Shown: positions 54,608-64,000, numbered from the stretch's first letter. The stretch: 64,000 nucleotides of DNA from Solirubrobacterales bacterium (GCA_035265665.1 DATFOK010000102.1:4705-68704); one strand, 5' to 3'. Made by a program: numbers and translations. The notes: generated from the letters alone by a model not told the origin.

Positions 54608-55204
54608 CTAGAAGCCGGGGTAGTACTTCTGCGTGAAGCCGAGCGGCCTGCGCTTCTTCTTGCGCCAGCGCGGACCCGAGCCCTGGTTCCAGCGATCGCC
54701 GCCGGAGGAGGTATCGAAGCGCTTGCCGGCGATGATCATGTAGACGTGGCTGGCGTTGCCGTAGACGGTGATCCAGCGGCCCTTGCCGGGGGCGCCCCAG
54801 CTCGAGGCCAGTCCGCCCGACGTCATCGGGCTTGCCAGCAGGCCGGCGGCGTGCAGGACATAGCTCACGGCGCCGGAGCAGTCGTAGCCGCTGTCGAAGA
54901 AGGTGCGGTGCCCGCCGCCCCAGCGATAGGGCATGGTGTGGATCGCGTTGGCCGCGGCGACCGCGGCCTGGACCTGTGCCGGAGCATCCGCCGGGGCGAC
55001 CGCCGTGCCGTCCTTGCGGATCTTCGCCTTTCCGGGAGGCCCAACTGGGGCGGGCGTGGTGGTGGTAGTGGTGGGCGTCGTCGTGCTGCCGGGCGGGCCC
55101 GACCCGCCGGTCTGGGCGGCCGCCGGGACGGCGATCGCCAGCACGGACAGGGTTGTCGCCCCCGCCAATGCGAGGCGCCGCTTGCGGCTAAGTGTGTGTC
55201 GCAT
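54608..55204 (-). CDS. Secreted NlpC/P60 (C40) family cell-wall peptidase, paralog 1
   Basis: Signal peptide, Thr/Pro linker, then PYRWGGGH...GYDCSGAVSYVLHAAGLL...SHVYMIIAGKRFDTS. ATG follows AAGGAG. Confidence 0.85.
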   Translation of the reverse strand: MRHTLSRKRRLALAGATTLSVLAIAVPAAAQTGGSGPPGSTTTPTTTTTTPAPVGPPGKAKIRKDGTAVAPADAPAQVQAAVAAANAIHTMPYRWGGGHRTFFDSGYDCSGAVSYVLHAAGLLASPMTSGGLASSWGAPGKGRWITVYGNASHVYMIIAGKRFDTSSGGDRWNQGSGPRWRKKKRRPLGFTQKYYPGF

Positions 55205-55220
55205 CCAACAGTTCTCCTTT

Positions 55221-55356
55221 GCAGGCCTGCGGGGTTAGCTGTCGGGCTAGCGCTGAAGGAGCCTGCGCCCCCACCCTTGCTTCCGGTGGGTTCGCCCCTG
55301 TATCTGGTTCCCCCGCTCCCAGCACCACGTGGTGTTGGGACTCGGCGTAACTGGCG
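55221..55356 (-). ncRNA. Cyclic-di-AMP riboswitch (ydaO/yuaA motif), copy 1
   Basis: Minus strand reads ...ACGCCGAGUC-hairpin-GAGCGGGGGAACC...GGGGCGAACCCACCG...GGUGG...GCGCAGGCUCCUUCAGCGCUAGCCCGACAGCUAACCCCGCAGGCC. The SD and ATG of paralog 1 follow immediately. Confidence 0.85.
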
Positions 55357-55553
55357 CGGGACCTTACCAAACGTGAAAGAAGGCTTGCAATCGCCATCCG
55401 CTCGTTAGTGATTACTCGCACGATCTTTGGGATTCGACGCCTGCGTCGCGCTCCCTGCCCCTAACGCGACGGCGCGGCCCCGGGGAGAAGGAGCCGCGCC
55501 GCGCGCGTCGGGGATGGGAGGAGAGGAGACCTTCCAGCCGCCTCTCGCGGCGA

Positions 55554-56147
55554 CTAGAAGCCTGGGAAATAGCGAACCGCATAGCCGGTGCCCGAGCGCA
55601 TGCTCGCCCGCCAGCGCGGGCCCGAGCCCTGGTTGAGGGACTCACCGACGGCGGAGGTGTCGAACCGCAGGCCGGCCACCGTCACGAAGGTGTGGCTGCG
55701 ATTGGCGTACACGGTGATCCAGGAGCCGGTCCCTGGGGCGCCCCACCTCATCAGGGGTCCGGAGGCGAGGGGGCTGCGGAGCAGCCCGGCGGCGTGCAGC
55801 ACGTAGCTGACCGCGCCGGAGCAGTCGTAGCCCTTCGACTTGAAGCGGCGATGGCCGCCGCCCCAGATGTACGGCTTGGTGTGGATCCGGTTGCCCGCCT
55901 TGATCGCCTTGCGAATCTGACGCGGTGCATTCGCCGGCGGCAGCGCGGTGCCGTCGGGCTGTAGCTGCGCCACGCTCCCGGGAGCGCTGGGAGTCGTCGT
56001 CGGCGTTGTGGGCGTCGTGGTGCTGCCGGGGGGTCCGGCCCCGCCGGTCTGAGCGGTGGCCGGTACCGCTCCCGCGAGCGAAGCCACCAACAGCAGCCCT
56101 GCCAGGCCGAGTTTCTTCCCACCTCCGCTGTGTGTGTATGACCGCAA
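55554..56147 (-). CDS. Secreted NlpC/P60 (C40) family cell-wall peptidase, paralog 2
   Basis: Sequence: KPYIWGGGHRRF...GYDCSGAVSYVLHAAGLL...SHTFVTVAGLRFDTS. TTG 56147 lies 7 nt after AAGGAG. Confidence 0.85.
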   Translation of the reverse strand: MRSYTHSGGGKKLGLAGLLLVASLAGAVPATAQTGGAGPPGSTTTPTTPTTTPSAPGSVAQLQPDGTALPPANAPRQIRKAIKAGNRIHTKPYIWGGGHRRFKSKGYDCSGAVSYVLHAAGLLRSPLASGPLMRWGAPGTGSWITVYANRSHTFVTVAGLRFDTSAVGESLNQGSGPRWRASMRSGTGYAVRYFPGF

Positions 56148-56160
56148 ACCGTTCTCCTTC

Positions 56161-56300
56161 GTCGGCCTACGGGGTTAGCTGACGGGCTGGCGCTGAAAGA
56201 GCCTGCGCTTCCACCCTCGGTGGATTCGCCCCAACTGCTTCGGTTCCCCCGCTCTCGTCCCGCCGTGGCGGGGACGAGATTCGGCGTTTGGTCGCGCGGA
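56161..56300 (-). ncRNA. Cyclic-di-AMP riboswitch (ydaO/yuaA motif), copy 2
   Basis: Minus strand reads ACGCCGAAUCUCGUCCCCGCCACGGCGGGACGAGAGCGGGGGAACCGAAGCAGUUGGGGCGAAUCCACCGAGGGUGGAAGCGCAGGCUCUUUCAGCGCCAGCCCGUCAGCUAACCCCGUAGGCC. Confidence 0.88.
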
Positions 56301-56321
56301 AAGCTAGCAGACGATCCGGAG

Positions 56322-56341
56322 CTGTGAGCAGGTGCTCACAG
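56322..56341. terminator. Perfect 9-bp-arm palindrome CTGTGAGCA-GG-TGCTCACAG: terminator of paralog 3 and/or an operator
   Basis: It lies 18 nt beyond the stop of the 56359..56943 gene and ~20 nt before the 5' end of riboswitch copy 2. No U-tract. Confidence 0.45.
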
Positions 56342-56358
56342 AATCCGCGGAATGTGCG

Positions 56359-56943
56359 CTAGAGGCCCGTCCAGTGGCGGACCGCGAAGCCCGTCGGTGC
56401 CCGCAGCGTGTAGCGCCAGCGGGGCCCGCGGCCCTGGTCGATCCACTCACCGCGGGGCGAGGTGTCGTAGCGTAGTCCGGCGATGACCATGTAGGTGTGG
56501 GTCCGGTTGGCGTAGACCGTGATCCAGCTGCCCGGGCCCGGCGAGCCCCACCAGGCGAGCTGACCGGAGACAAGCGGCGAGCGGAGCAGTCCGGCCGCAT
56601 GCAGGACGTAGCTGACCGCGCCCGAGCAGTCGTAGCCCTTCGCCTTGAAGCCGCGGTGGCCGCCGCCCCAGATGTAGGTCTTGCGGCGGATCTTGTTCGC
56701 CGCCTTGATCGCGCGGACCACCTGATACGGGGCGCCGGCAGGGACACTCGCCTTGCCGCCGGGGAGCATCGTCGCGGTGTTCGGCGGCGCCGGTGGCGGC
56801 GCGCCCACGGGTGCCCCCGGAACGGGAGTGGTCGTCGTCGTTTCGGTCTGGCCAGCCGCGGGGCTAGCGGCGATCAACGCGCCGGCGAACAGAGCTCCTG
56901 CCAGCCCAAGTCGGCGGCCTTGGCGTGATCGTCGAGACAGCAA
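56359..56943 (-). CDS. Secreted NlpC/P60 (C40) family cell-wall peptidase, paralog 3 (no riboswitch)
   Basis: Sequence: KTYIWGGGHRGF...GYDCSGAVSYVLHAAGLL...THTYMVIAGLRYDTS. TTG 56943 follows GGAGGAGGG. Confidence 0.85.
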   Translation of the reverse strand: MLSRRSRQGRRLGLAGALFAGALIAASPAAGQTETTTTTPVPGAPVGAPPPAPPNTATMLPGGKASVPAGAPYQVVRAIKAANKIRRKTYIWGGGHRGFKAKGYDCSGAVSYVLHAAGLLRSPLVSGQLAWWGSPGPGSWITVYANRTHTYMVIAGLRYDTSPRGEWIDQGRGPRWRYTLRAPTGFAVRHWTGL

Positions 56944-57062
56944 TGAATCCCTCCTCCGGTCCCTTCCTCATCGGTCGGAACTGGGCTCCTCCTTGAGCGC
57001 GAGAACGTATCAGAGCAGGGGTTTTCTGTGAGCGGGCCTTAACAAACGTCCAGTGGGATAGG

Positions 57063-57878
57063 TTGGACTCCGTGGAACTCGACGGGAAGAGGGTGCTGCT
57101 CAGCGGCGCCACCGGGGGGCTCGGGCGAGCGATCGCGGAGGGGCTCGCTGATCGAGGGGCGCGCCTGGTGCTGAGCTCGCGCAAGGGCGAGGAACTGGAC
57201 CGTCTGGCGCAATCGCTGCCGGGAGCAGACGACCGTCACGAGACGATCGTCGCGGACTTGGCGGAGACCGGTGCCGCCGAAGAGCTGGTCGAGCGAGCCG
57301 GCGACCTCGACGGCATGGTCGCGAACGCCGCCCTGCCCGCGAGCGGGAAGCTCGAGAAATTCAGCTCCGAGGAGGTCCAGCGCGCGATTCGCGTCAACTT
57401 CGAGTCGCCCATCCTGATGGCGCGTGCGATCGCACCGAGGCTCGCGGAGAAGGGCGAGGGACACCTGGTCTTCATCTCCTCACTCTCTGGCAAAGTCGGC
57501 TCGCCGCGCTCCGCTCTCTACAGCTCGACCAAGTTCGGCCTTCGCGGCTTCGCCTTCGCCCTGCGGGAGGACCTGCACCCCCATGGCGTCGGCGTTTCGA
57601 TCGTCTCCCCCGGATTCGTGCGCGAGGCGGGAATGTTTCACGACGCCGGATCCAAGCCGCCGCCGATGATCGGGACGACCACTCCGCAGAAGGTTGGGCA
57701 GGCAGTCGTCCGCGCCATCGAGCGCGACCGCAACGAGATCACTGTGGCACCGATGCGGCAGCGCCTGGTCGCCGAGATCGGCTATCGGCACCCCGAGTTC
57801 GCGGCCCGCGTGCAGCGGCGGGGCGGGGCCGAGCGGATCGCCGAGGAGCTCGCCGAGGGGCAGTCCGACAAGCGCTAG
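57063..57878 (+). CDS. SDR family oxidoreductase
   Basis: Sequence: LLSGATGGLGRAIA...NAALP...ISSLSGK...YSSTKFGLRGF. Confidence 0.88.
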   Translation: MDSVELDGKRVLLSGATGGLGRAIAEGLADRGARLVLSSRKGEELDRLAQSLPGADDRHETIVADLAETGAAEELVERAGDLDGMVANAALPASGKLEKFSSEEVQRAIRVNFESPILMARAIAPRLAEKGEGHLVFISSLSGKVGSPRSALYSSTKFGLRGFAFALREDLHPHGVGVSIVSPGFVREAGMFHDAGSKPPPMIGTTTPQKVGQAVVRAIERDRNEITVAPMRQRLVAEIGYRHPEFAARVQRRGGAERIAEELAEGQSDKR

Positions 57879-57980
57879 CCGGCTAGCCGCGGGGCCGGGA
57901 GTATGCTCCCGTTCGCGCCGGGATGGCGCGGAGCGCGTTGGAGGGACGCGCGTTCATAGGAACAGGGAATGGAGGGACGG

Positions 57981-60275
57981 ATGCGGAAGCTGGTGTTGCT
58001 GTCGGTGGTGGTCGGGTCGCTGCTGCTCGCGCCGGGCGCGCAGGCCGCGATCACGGATGCCTTCGGCGGGGCGTTGACCTGCACCGAGGCGGGAGACGGG
58101 GTCCGCGAGTGCGGCGTCGTGAGCAGTGACGGCGGCGCCGGGGTTCGCAGCACCGCTCCGAGCTGGGACGACACCCCGATCGACGTCAAGGTCGCGTTTC
58201 CGCCCGATCCGAGTCCGAGCCCCGACGGCAACTATCCGCTGATCATCTGGGGCCACGGCTACGGCGGGTCGAAGAACGATCTCTCGTTCAGCGCCATGCG
58301 CCATTACACCGACCGCGGCTACGCCGTCTTCGCCATGACCGCCCGCGGCTTCCATCAGTCCTGCGGCAAGCCCAATGCGATCACCGCGGCCGCGGGTGCC
58401 TGCGACGACGCCGGCTGGATCCACTTGATGGACGACCGCTTCGAGGTGCGGGACGCCCAATTCTTCGCCGGCGAGCTCGCCGACGAGGAGCTCGTCGACG
58501 GCCAGCGCGTTGGCGCCACCGGTGGCTCCTACGGCGGCGGCCTTTCGCTCCAGCTGGCCACGCTCAAGGACCGCGTGATGATGCCGGATGGCAGCGTCGT
58601 CCCCTGGACGAGCCCCGTTGACCATCACCCTATGCGGATCGCGGGTGCGACCCCGAACATCCCGTGGAGCGACCTCGCCTACTCGCTCACTCCGAACGGC
58701 GGGAAGCTCGACTACGTTGCCGACGCCGCTTACACGGGAAGGATTGGCATCCAGAAGCAGTCCTTCGTGCAAGGCCTCTATCTGTCCGGCCAGGGCGCCG
58801 GCTCTTATTGCGGACAATCCCCATATCCGGCCTGCACCGATTTCCAGTCGGACATCACCGCCTGGAACAACCGGCTGAACGAGGGCGAGCCCTACGACGG
58901 GGACCCGATGACGACGGCGGTATTCAACGAGATCGAGGCGCACCACTCGGCGTACTACATCGACCACTCCACGCCGCCGGCGCCGTTGCTGATCTCGAAC
59001 GGCTTCACGGACGACCTCTTCCCGGCTGACGAGGCGATCGCCTACTACAACCGAATTCGCTCGGAGTACCCGAACGGGCCGATCTCGATGCTGTTCGGCG
59101 ACTTCGGCCACATGCGGGCGGCGAACAAGTCCGCCGACGTGACCGCGCTCGGGGATGCCCAGGACGCCTGGCTCGACTTCTACATCAAGGGAAGCGGCTC
59201 GCAGCCGTTCCAGGGAGTCACGTCGTTCGCGATGACCTGTCCTGATTCGCAGCCCTCCGGTGGACCGTTCCAGGCCGGCAGCTGGGCAGGGCTGCAGAAG
59301 GGGGAGGTGCGCCTCGATTCCGCTGGAGCCCAGGTGCTGCAGCCGGGCGGGGGCTCCGCGGACGTCGACGAGGCGTTCGACCCGGTGAGCGCGGGCGGAA
59401 ACCCGTGCACCACGGCGTCCTCCGCGGACCTGCCCGGCGTGGCGACCTATCGCCTGCCGGCCGCCACGGGCAGTGGCTTCACCCTGATGGGCTCGCCCAC
59501 CGTTGTCGCGAAGATCAGCTCGCCGACCGCCAACTCGGAGGTCGCGGCGAGGCTGCTCGACGTCGATCCGAGCGGCACCGAGACCCTCGTCGACCGCCAG
59601 CTCTACCGCCCGCAGGTCGGCACTGCCAGACAGGTGTTCCAGCTCCATCCGACTGGTCATCTGTTCGCCCCTGGCCATGTCGCCAAGCTCGAGCTGCTGC
59701 CGAGCGACTCGCACGGCGCACTGCTCGGGGGCTACGGCCGGGCCGCAAATGGACAGGGCCCGGTCACGATCTCCAATCTGTCGCTGCGGCTGCCCACGTT
59801 GGACGGCCCAGGGGCGGCAGGCGGCCAGGCCAGGCCGGCCTCGGCGCTGCCGCTCCCCTGCGGCGCGGAGATCGCGCAGCAGTACTCCTCGTCGGAGTAC
59901 GTCCGGGCCACGCTCGGCGAGGGCAAGCTGAAGCGGAAGGGCAAGAGCGTGATGGTGCCGGTCGACTCCGCCCCGAGCGGCGAGGTGTGCCGGGTCCAGG
60001 TGAGGCTGCTGGGCAAGAAGCCGAAGAAGGGCAAGCGCTCGGCCATCTCGGCCAAGAAGAAGGGCAAGAAGAAGAGGATCCTCGGCACCGGCAAGGCGAC
60101 GATCGCCGGCGGTCAGAGCAAGGTGGTCAAGGTGAAGCTCAGCAAGCGTGGCCGCGCCACCCTCAGGAAGGGCGGCCGCATCAGGGTCCAGGTCACCACC
60201 GTCGACGCTGCCGGCAACACTCTGCAGCTCACCAATGCGAAGGTGATGGCGGGCCAAAAGAAGCGGAAGCGCTGA
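57981..60275 (+). CDS. Secreted CocE/NonD (S15 X-Pro dipeptidyl-peptidase-like) family hydrolase with a Lys-rich C-terminal domain
   Basis: ATG 57981 follows GGAGGG (alternative ATG 57969). Signal peptide MRKLVLLSVVVGSLLLAPGAQA. Sequence: IIWGHGYGGS, nucleophile elbow GATGGSYGGGLS, FGDFGH. The C-terminus reads KKPKKGKRSAISAKKKGKKKRILGTGKATIAGGQSKVVKVKLSKRGRATLRKGGRIRVQVTTVDAAGN. Confidence 0.85.
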   Translation: MRKLVLLSVVVGSLLLAPGAQAAITDAFGGALTCTEAGDGVRECGVVSSDGGAGVRSTAPSWDDTPIDVKVAFPPDPSPSPDGNYPLIIWGHGYGGSKNDLSFSAMRHYTDRGYAVFAMTARGFHQSCGKPNAITAAAGACDDAGWIHLMDDRFEVRDAQFFAGELADEELVDGQRVGATGGSYGGGLSLQLATLKDRVMMPDGSVVPWTSPVDHHPMRIAGATPNIPWSDLAYSLTPNGGKLDYVADAAYTGRIGIQKQSFVQGLYLSGQGAGSYCGQSPYPACTDFQSDITAWNNRLNEGEPYDGDPMTTAVFNEIEAHHSAYYIDHSTPPAPLLISNGFTDDLFPADEAIAYYNRIRSEYPNGPISMLFGDFGHMRAANKSADVTALGDAQDAWLDFYIKGSGSQPFQGVTSFAMTCPDSQPSGGPFQAGSWAGLQKGEVRLDSAGAQVLQPGGGSADVDEAFDPVSAGGNPCTTASSADLPGVATYRLPAATGSGFTLMGSPTVVAKISSPTANSEVAARLLDVDPSGTETLVDRQLYRPQVGTARQVFQLHPTGHLFAPGHVAKLELLPSDSHGALLGGYGRAANGQGPVTISNLSLRLPTLDGPGAAGGQARPASALPLPCGAEIAQQYSSSEYVRATLGEGKLKRKGKSVMVPVDSAPSGEVCRVQVRLLGKKPKKGKRSAISAKKKGKKKRILGTGKATIAGGQSKVVKVKLSKRGRATLRKGGRIRVQVTTVDAAGNTLQLTNAKVMAGQKKRKR

Positions 60276-60341
60276 GAGCGGTCATCCGGCGTACGCGGGC
60301 CGCGCGTCTAGCCGGCGAATAGCCGGGAATAGACTGAGGAT

Positions 60342-63167
60342 GTGAGCTCGAAGAACAGCTTCGGAGCCCAGGCGACGCTGGAAGTCGGTGGTGAAGAGGT
60401 CGAGATCCACCGCCTCGATGCCCTTCAGCAGAAGTTCGACGTCGCGCGACTTCCGTACTCGCTCAAGGTCCTGCTCGAGAACGCACTCCGCTTAGAGGAC
60501 GGGACGGCGGTCACCGCGGACGACGTCGAGGCGATCGCCAGCTGGGACGCGAGGGCCGAGCCGTCGGTCGAGATCCCCTTCCAGCCCGCCCGGGTCCTGA
60601 TGCAGGACTTCACCGGCGTTCCCGCGGTTGTCGACCTGGCGGCGATGCGCGACGCGATGGAGGAGCTGGGAGGCGATCCGGCGGCGATCAATCCACAGGT
60701 CGACGTCGACCTGATCATCGACCACTCCGTGCAGGTGGACGCCTTCGGCAACCAGCGGGCCTTCGACGTGAACGCCGAGCGCGATTACGAGCGCAACGGC
60801 GAGCGTTACGCGTTCCTGCGCTGGGGGCAGACCGCATTCGACAACTTCAGGGTGGTGCCGCCGGCCACCGGCATTTGCCACCAGGTCAACCTCGAGTACC
60901 TCGGCCGTTGCGTGTGGACGCGAGAGGTCAATGGTGCGACTCAGGCGTACCCGGACACGCTCGTCGGGACCGACTCGCACACGACGATGATCAACGGCCT
61001 CGGCGTGCTGGGCTGGGGCGTGGGCGGGATCGAGGCGGAGGCGGCGATGCTCGGCCAACCGATCTCGATGCTGCTGCCCCAGGTGATCGGCTTCAAGCTC
61101 ACCGGCGAGCTGCGGGAGGGCGCCACCGCGACGGACCTGGTCCTGACGGTCACCGAGATGCTCCGGGAGAAGGGGGTCGTCTCGAAGTTCGTCGAGTTCT
61201 TCGGCCCGGGCATCGGGGGGCTCGGCCTGGCGGACCGGGCGACGATCGGCAACATGTCGCCGGAGTTCGGCTCGACCTGCGCGATCTTTCCCATCGACGC
61301 CGAGACGCTCCGCTACCTGGAGTTCACGGGCCGGCCCACGGAGCAGATCGAGCTGGTCGACGCCTACACGCGGGAGCAGGGCCTCTTCCACGAGCCCGAC
61401 TCCGAGGAGCCCACCTACTCAGACACTCTCGAGCTCGACCTCGGCGACGTCGAGCCAAGCATCGCCGGGCCCAAGCGCCCGCAGGACCGGATCGCCCTCT
61501 CCGACGCAAAGGGTGCCTTCCTCGAAGCGATGCGGGAGTGGGACCCGCAGGCGAGCGAAGAGCTGGGCAACGCGCGCGATGAGGCGATCGCCGAATCGTT
61601 CCCCGCCTCCGATCCGCCCGCCGAGGACCATGACGGCGACGGCGGCAAGCCGCGCACCTACGTCGACAAGGGCGACGTCGCCGTCGAGATCGAGACCAGC
61701 GACGCGGTCGCGGTGGAGCTCGAGAGCGGCCAGACGGTCGAGCTCGACCACGGCCACGTCGTGATCGCGGCGATCACCAGCTGCACCAACACCTCCAACC
61801 CCTCCGTCATGCTCGGCGCCGGTCTGCTCGCCAGGAAGGCCGTCGAACGGGGCCTCCGCCGCCAGCCCTGGGTGAAAACCTCGCTGGCGCCCGGGTCCAC
61901 GGTGGTGACCGAGTACCTGGAGAAGTCCGGGCTGGACCGCTACCTCGACGAACTCCAGTTCAACCTGGTCGGCTACGGCTGCACTACCTGCATCGGCAAC
62001 TCGGGACCGCTTCCGGAGGAGATCTCGAAGGCCGTCAACGACAACGACCTGGTGGTCTGCTCGGTGCTCTCCGGCAACCGCAACTTCGAAGGGCGCATCA
62101 ACCCGGACACGCGCGCCAACTACCTGGCCTCACCCCCGCTGGTGGTGGCCTACGCGCTCGCCGGGCGGATGGACGTCGACCTGACGAGCGAGCCCGTGGG
62201 AACCGATTCCGACGGCGAGCCCGTCTACCTCTCAGAGATCTGGCCCGGCTCCGAGGAGATCAAGCAGGTCGTGGGCGAGGCGGTGCGAGCCGACATGTTC
62301 ACCAAGAGCTACGCCGACGTCTTCACCGGCGACGAGCGCTGGCGCGACATCGAGGTGCCCGAGGGCGACCGTTACACCTGGCCCGACTCGACCTACGTTC
62401 GCAAGCCGAGCTTCTTTGAGGGCATGGACCCGGAGCCGAAGCCGGTCGAGCCGATCGAGGGCGCCCGGGTGCTGGCGGTGCTGGGGGACTCGGTGACCAC
62501 CGACCACATCTCCCCGGCGGGCGCGATCAAGAAGGACAGCCCCGCCGGTCAGTGGCTCATCGACCAGGGCGTCGACGTGCGCGATTTCAACTCCTACGGA
62601 TCGCGTCGCGGTAACCACGAGGTGATGATCCGCGGCACCTTCGCGAACGTCCGGCTGCGCAACCGGCTGGTCGAGCGCGAGGGCGGCTACACGCGCCACT
62701 ACCCCTCATCAGGGGGCCAGGGTGAGGAGACGACGATCTACGAAGCGGCGATGCGCTACGCCGACGAGGGCGTGCCGCTCGTCGTGCTGGCCGGCAAGGA
62801 GTATGGCTCGGGCTCGTCCCGCGACTGGGCGGCGAAGGGCACCAGCCTGCTCGGCGTCCGCGCGGTGATCGCCGAGAGTTTCGAGCGGATCCACCGCTCC
62901 AACCTGATCGGGATGGGCGTGCTGCCGCTGCAGCTCCCGGAGGGTGAGTCGATCGACTCGCTCGGCCTCACCGGAGAGGAGGCCTTCGACGTTGGCGATC
63001 TGCGGAACGGCGAGGCGAAGACCGTCGAGGTAAAGGCGTCCCGCGACGACGCCGACGACGTCACCTTCGAGGCAACCGTCCGAATCGACACGCCGAACGA
63101 GGTGACCTACTTCCAGAACGGCGGCATCCTCCACCGCGTCCTGCGGGACCTCCGCGCGCGCGCCTAG
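60342..63167 (+). CDS. acnA: Aconitate hydratase A
   Basis: 941 aa. Sequence: [22 protein letters not shown]...[26 protein letters not shown]...[10 protein letters not shown]...[12 protein letters not shown]...NRNFEGR...[10 protein letters not shown]. Confidence 0.95.
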   Translation: MSSKNSFGAQATLEVGGEEVEIHRLDALQQKFDVARLPYSLKVLLENALRLEDGTAVTADDVEAIASWDARAEPSVEIPFQPARVLMQDFTGVPAVVDLAAMRDAMEELGGDPAAINPQVDVDLIIDHSVQVDAFGNQRAFDVNAERDYERNGERYAFLRWGQTAFDNFRVVPPATGICHQVNLEYLGRCVWTREVNGATQAYPDTLVGTDSHTTMINGLGVLGWGVGGIEAEAAMLGQPISMLLPQVIGFKLTGELREGATATDLVLTVTEMLREKGVVSKFVEFFGPGIGGLGLADRATIGNMSPEFGSTCAIFPIDAETLRYLEFTGRPTEQIELVDAYTREQGLFHEPDSEEPTYSDTLELDLGDVEPSIAGPKRPQDRIALSDAKGAFLEAMREWDPQASEELGNARDEAIAESFPASDPPAEDHDGDGGKPRTYVDKGDVAVEIETSDAVAVELESGQTVELDHGHVVIAAITSCTNTSNPSVMLGAGLLARKAVERGLRRQPWVKTSLAPGSTVVTEYLEKSGLDRYLDELQFNLVGYGCTTCIGNSGPLPEEISKAVNDNDLVVCSVLSGNRNFEGRINPDTRANYLASPPLVVAYALAGRMDVDLTSEPVGTDSDGEPVYLSEIWPGSEEIKQVVGEAVRADMFTKSYADVFTGDERWRDIEVPEGDRYTWPDSTYVRKPSFFEGMDPEPKPVEPIEGARVLAVLGDSVTTDHISPAGAIKKDSPAGQWLIDQGVDVRDFNSYGSRRGNHEVMIRGTFANVRLRNRLVEREGGYTRHYPSSGGQGEETTIYEAAMRYADEGVPLVVLAGKEYGSGSSRDWAAKGTSLLGVRAVIAESFERIHRSNLIGMGVLPLQLPEGESIDSLGLTGEEAFDVGDLRNGEAKTVEVKASRDDADDVTFEATVRIDTPNEVTYFQNGGILHRVLRDLRARA

Positions 63168-63169
63168 GC

Positions 63170-63976
63170 ATGATCGAGCGCACGGGGGAGGTCGCCGGGC
63201 TTGCGACGCACTGGCGCGAGGCTCCGGCCGACGGACGGCCGCCCATCCTCTACGTCCACGGCGTGCCCACGGCGTCCTGGGACTGGATTCCCTATCTCGA
63301 GCGGATCGGCGGGATCGCCCCGGACCTTCCGGGCTTCGGGCGGTCGGCGAAGCCGGTCGACTTCGACTACTCGATCGACGGTTACGTGCCCTGGCTCGAG
63401 GCCTTCACGGACGCGGTCGGGCTCGAGCGGTTCTCCCTCGTCGCCCACGACTGGGGCGGCCTGGCCCTCGGCCTCGCCCAGCGCATTCCGGAGCGGATCG
63501 ATCGGCTCGTCATCCACACCTGCGTTCCGCTGCTACCGGGCTACCGCTGGCACTGGGTCGCGCGGATCTGGCGGACACCGTTCCTCGGCGAGCTCTTCAT
63601 GGCGACCGCGAGCAGGCCGGCGTTCAAGCTGATCTCGCGCCAGTCCAATGCGAGGCCCGGCCCGTTGCCCGCCGAGTTCATCGATCGGCTCTGGCCCGAC
63701 TTCGACCGTGGGACCCGCCGAGCGATCCTGAGGCTCTACCGCGCCTCCCCTCCTGACGTCCTGGCTCGCGCCGGCGTGCGCCTCGGCGAGCTGAACTGTC
63801 CCGCGCTGATCCTGTGGCCGACTGAGGACCCGTACATCGGGCCCGAGTGGGGACCGCGCTACGCCGAAGCGATCGGAGAGAACGCGCGCCTCGAGATGAT
63901 CGAGGGCTCGGGCCACTGGATGTGGCTCGACCGCCCGGATGTGGTTGAAAAGGCCGCCGAGTTCCTGTCCGACTAA
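63170..63976 (+). CDS. Alpha/beta hydrolase (haloalkane dehalogenase/epoxide hydrolase-like)
   Basis: Sequence: PILYVHGVPTASWDW...FSLVAHDWGG (nucleophile elbow)...GSGHWMWLDRP. It starts 2 nt after the acnA stop. Confidence 0.85.
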   Translation: MIERTGEVAGLATHWREAPADGRPPILYVHGVPTASWDWIPYLERIGGIAPDLPGFGRSAKPVDFDYSIDGYVPWLEAFTDAVGLERFSLVAHDWGGLALGLAQRIPERIDRLVIHTCVPLLPGYRWHWVARIWRTPFLGELFMATASRPAFKLISRQSNARPGPLPAEFIDRLWPDFDRGTRRAILRLYRASPPDVLARAGVRLGELNCPALILWPTEDPYIGPEWGPRYAEAIGENARLEMIEGSGHWMWLDRPDVVEKAAEFLSD

Positions 63977-64000
63977 CCGGGGGCGGAGGGCCGAAAAGGG

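Noticed and set aside
56944-57062. Possible third ydaO riboswitch upstream of NlpC/P60 paralog 3
   Set aside because: The 119-nt leader lacks the diagnostic GGGGGAACC...GGGGCGAAYCC...AGCUAACCCCG blocks and is too short.
57954-60257. 767-aa ORF on the minus strand, exactly antisense to the 768-aa plus-strand ORF
   Set aside because: The plus-strand product has a signal peptide and CocE/NonD motifs (GGSYGGG). The minus-strand product is Arg/Gly/Ala/Leu-rich with no motifs. It is the typical stop-poor antisense frame of a high-GC gene.
60309-60332. Direct repeat TAGCCGG(C/G)GAA x2 (+TAG) just upstream of acnA as a regulator site
   Set aside because: It is short and imperfect and does not match the aconitase regulator operators I know (AcnR-type CAGNAC...GTACTG). 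I cannot separate it from chance without comparative data.

Overview
Very GC-rich chromosomal segment (about 70% GC by eye), densely coding on both strands. F420-type enzyme families, ydaO-controlled NlpC/P60 genes, a SigF-type promoter and a PucR/GabR-like regulator suggest Actinomycetota; this is inference only. I support about 60 protein genes, 3 tRNAs (Glu-UUC, Val-UAC, Asp-GUC), 2 cyclic-di-AMP (ydaO) riboswitches, 2 multiply disrupted pseudogenes and several operator or promoter candidates. I saw no rRNA, CRISPR array, transposase, integrase or phage genes.

The dominant theme is arginine and polyamine nitrogen catabolism:
- A minus-strand operon at 29212-34417: ALDH, Orn/Lys/Arg decarboxylase, guanidino-modifying enzyme, M20 carbamoyl-amidase.
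- Two paralogous Pot-type ABC uptake operons at 37217-41387 and 50377-54345.
- A PucR-linked cluster at 41650-48350: aminotransferase, saccharopine-DH-like, alanine DH, ALDH.

Other content: aconitase, argF, lgt, ferritin, a cold-shock protein, an rRNA methyltransferase, and MarR/MFS, TetR and HxlR regulatory pairs.

Observations most worth a second look:
1. A hairpin motif family at three intergenic sites. Two copies are near-identical 34-mers. The third is a duplicated variant between genes of the arginine operon.
2. An RsbV/RsbW partner-switching pair translationally coupled to the 3' end of a polyamine ABC operon, convergent with its SigB/F-like sigma gene.
3. A membrane-anchored DnaG-derived protein with a Glu-to-Gln TOPRIM and a vestigial zinc ribbon lying upstream of any canonical start.
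4. Three tandem NlpC/P60 genes, only two of them behind ydaO riboswitches.
5. A Pot ATPase whose conserved N-terminus has no canonical start codon.

The ORF track gives longest ORFs from ATG, GTG or TTG. Many starts below were moved downstream by hand using Shine-Dalgarno (SD) spacing and family N-termini, so they are estimates. All homology calls come from motif recognition, not searches.
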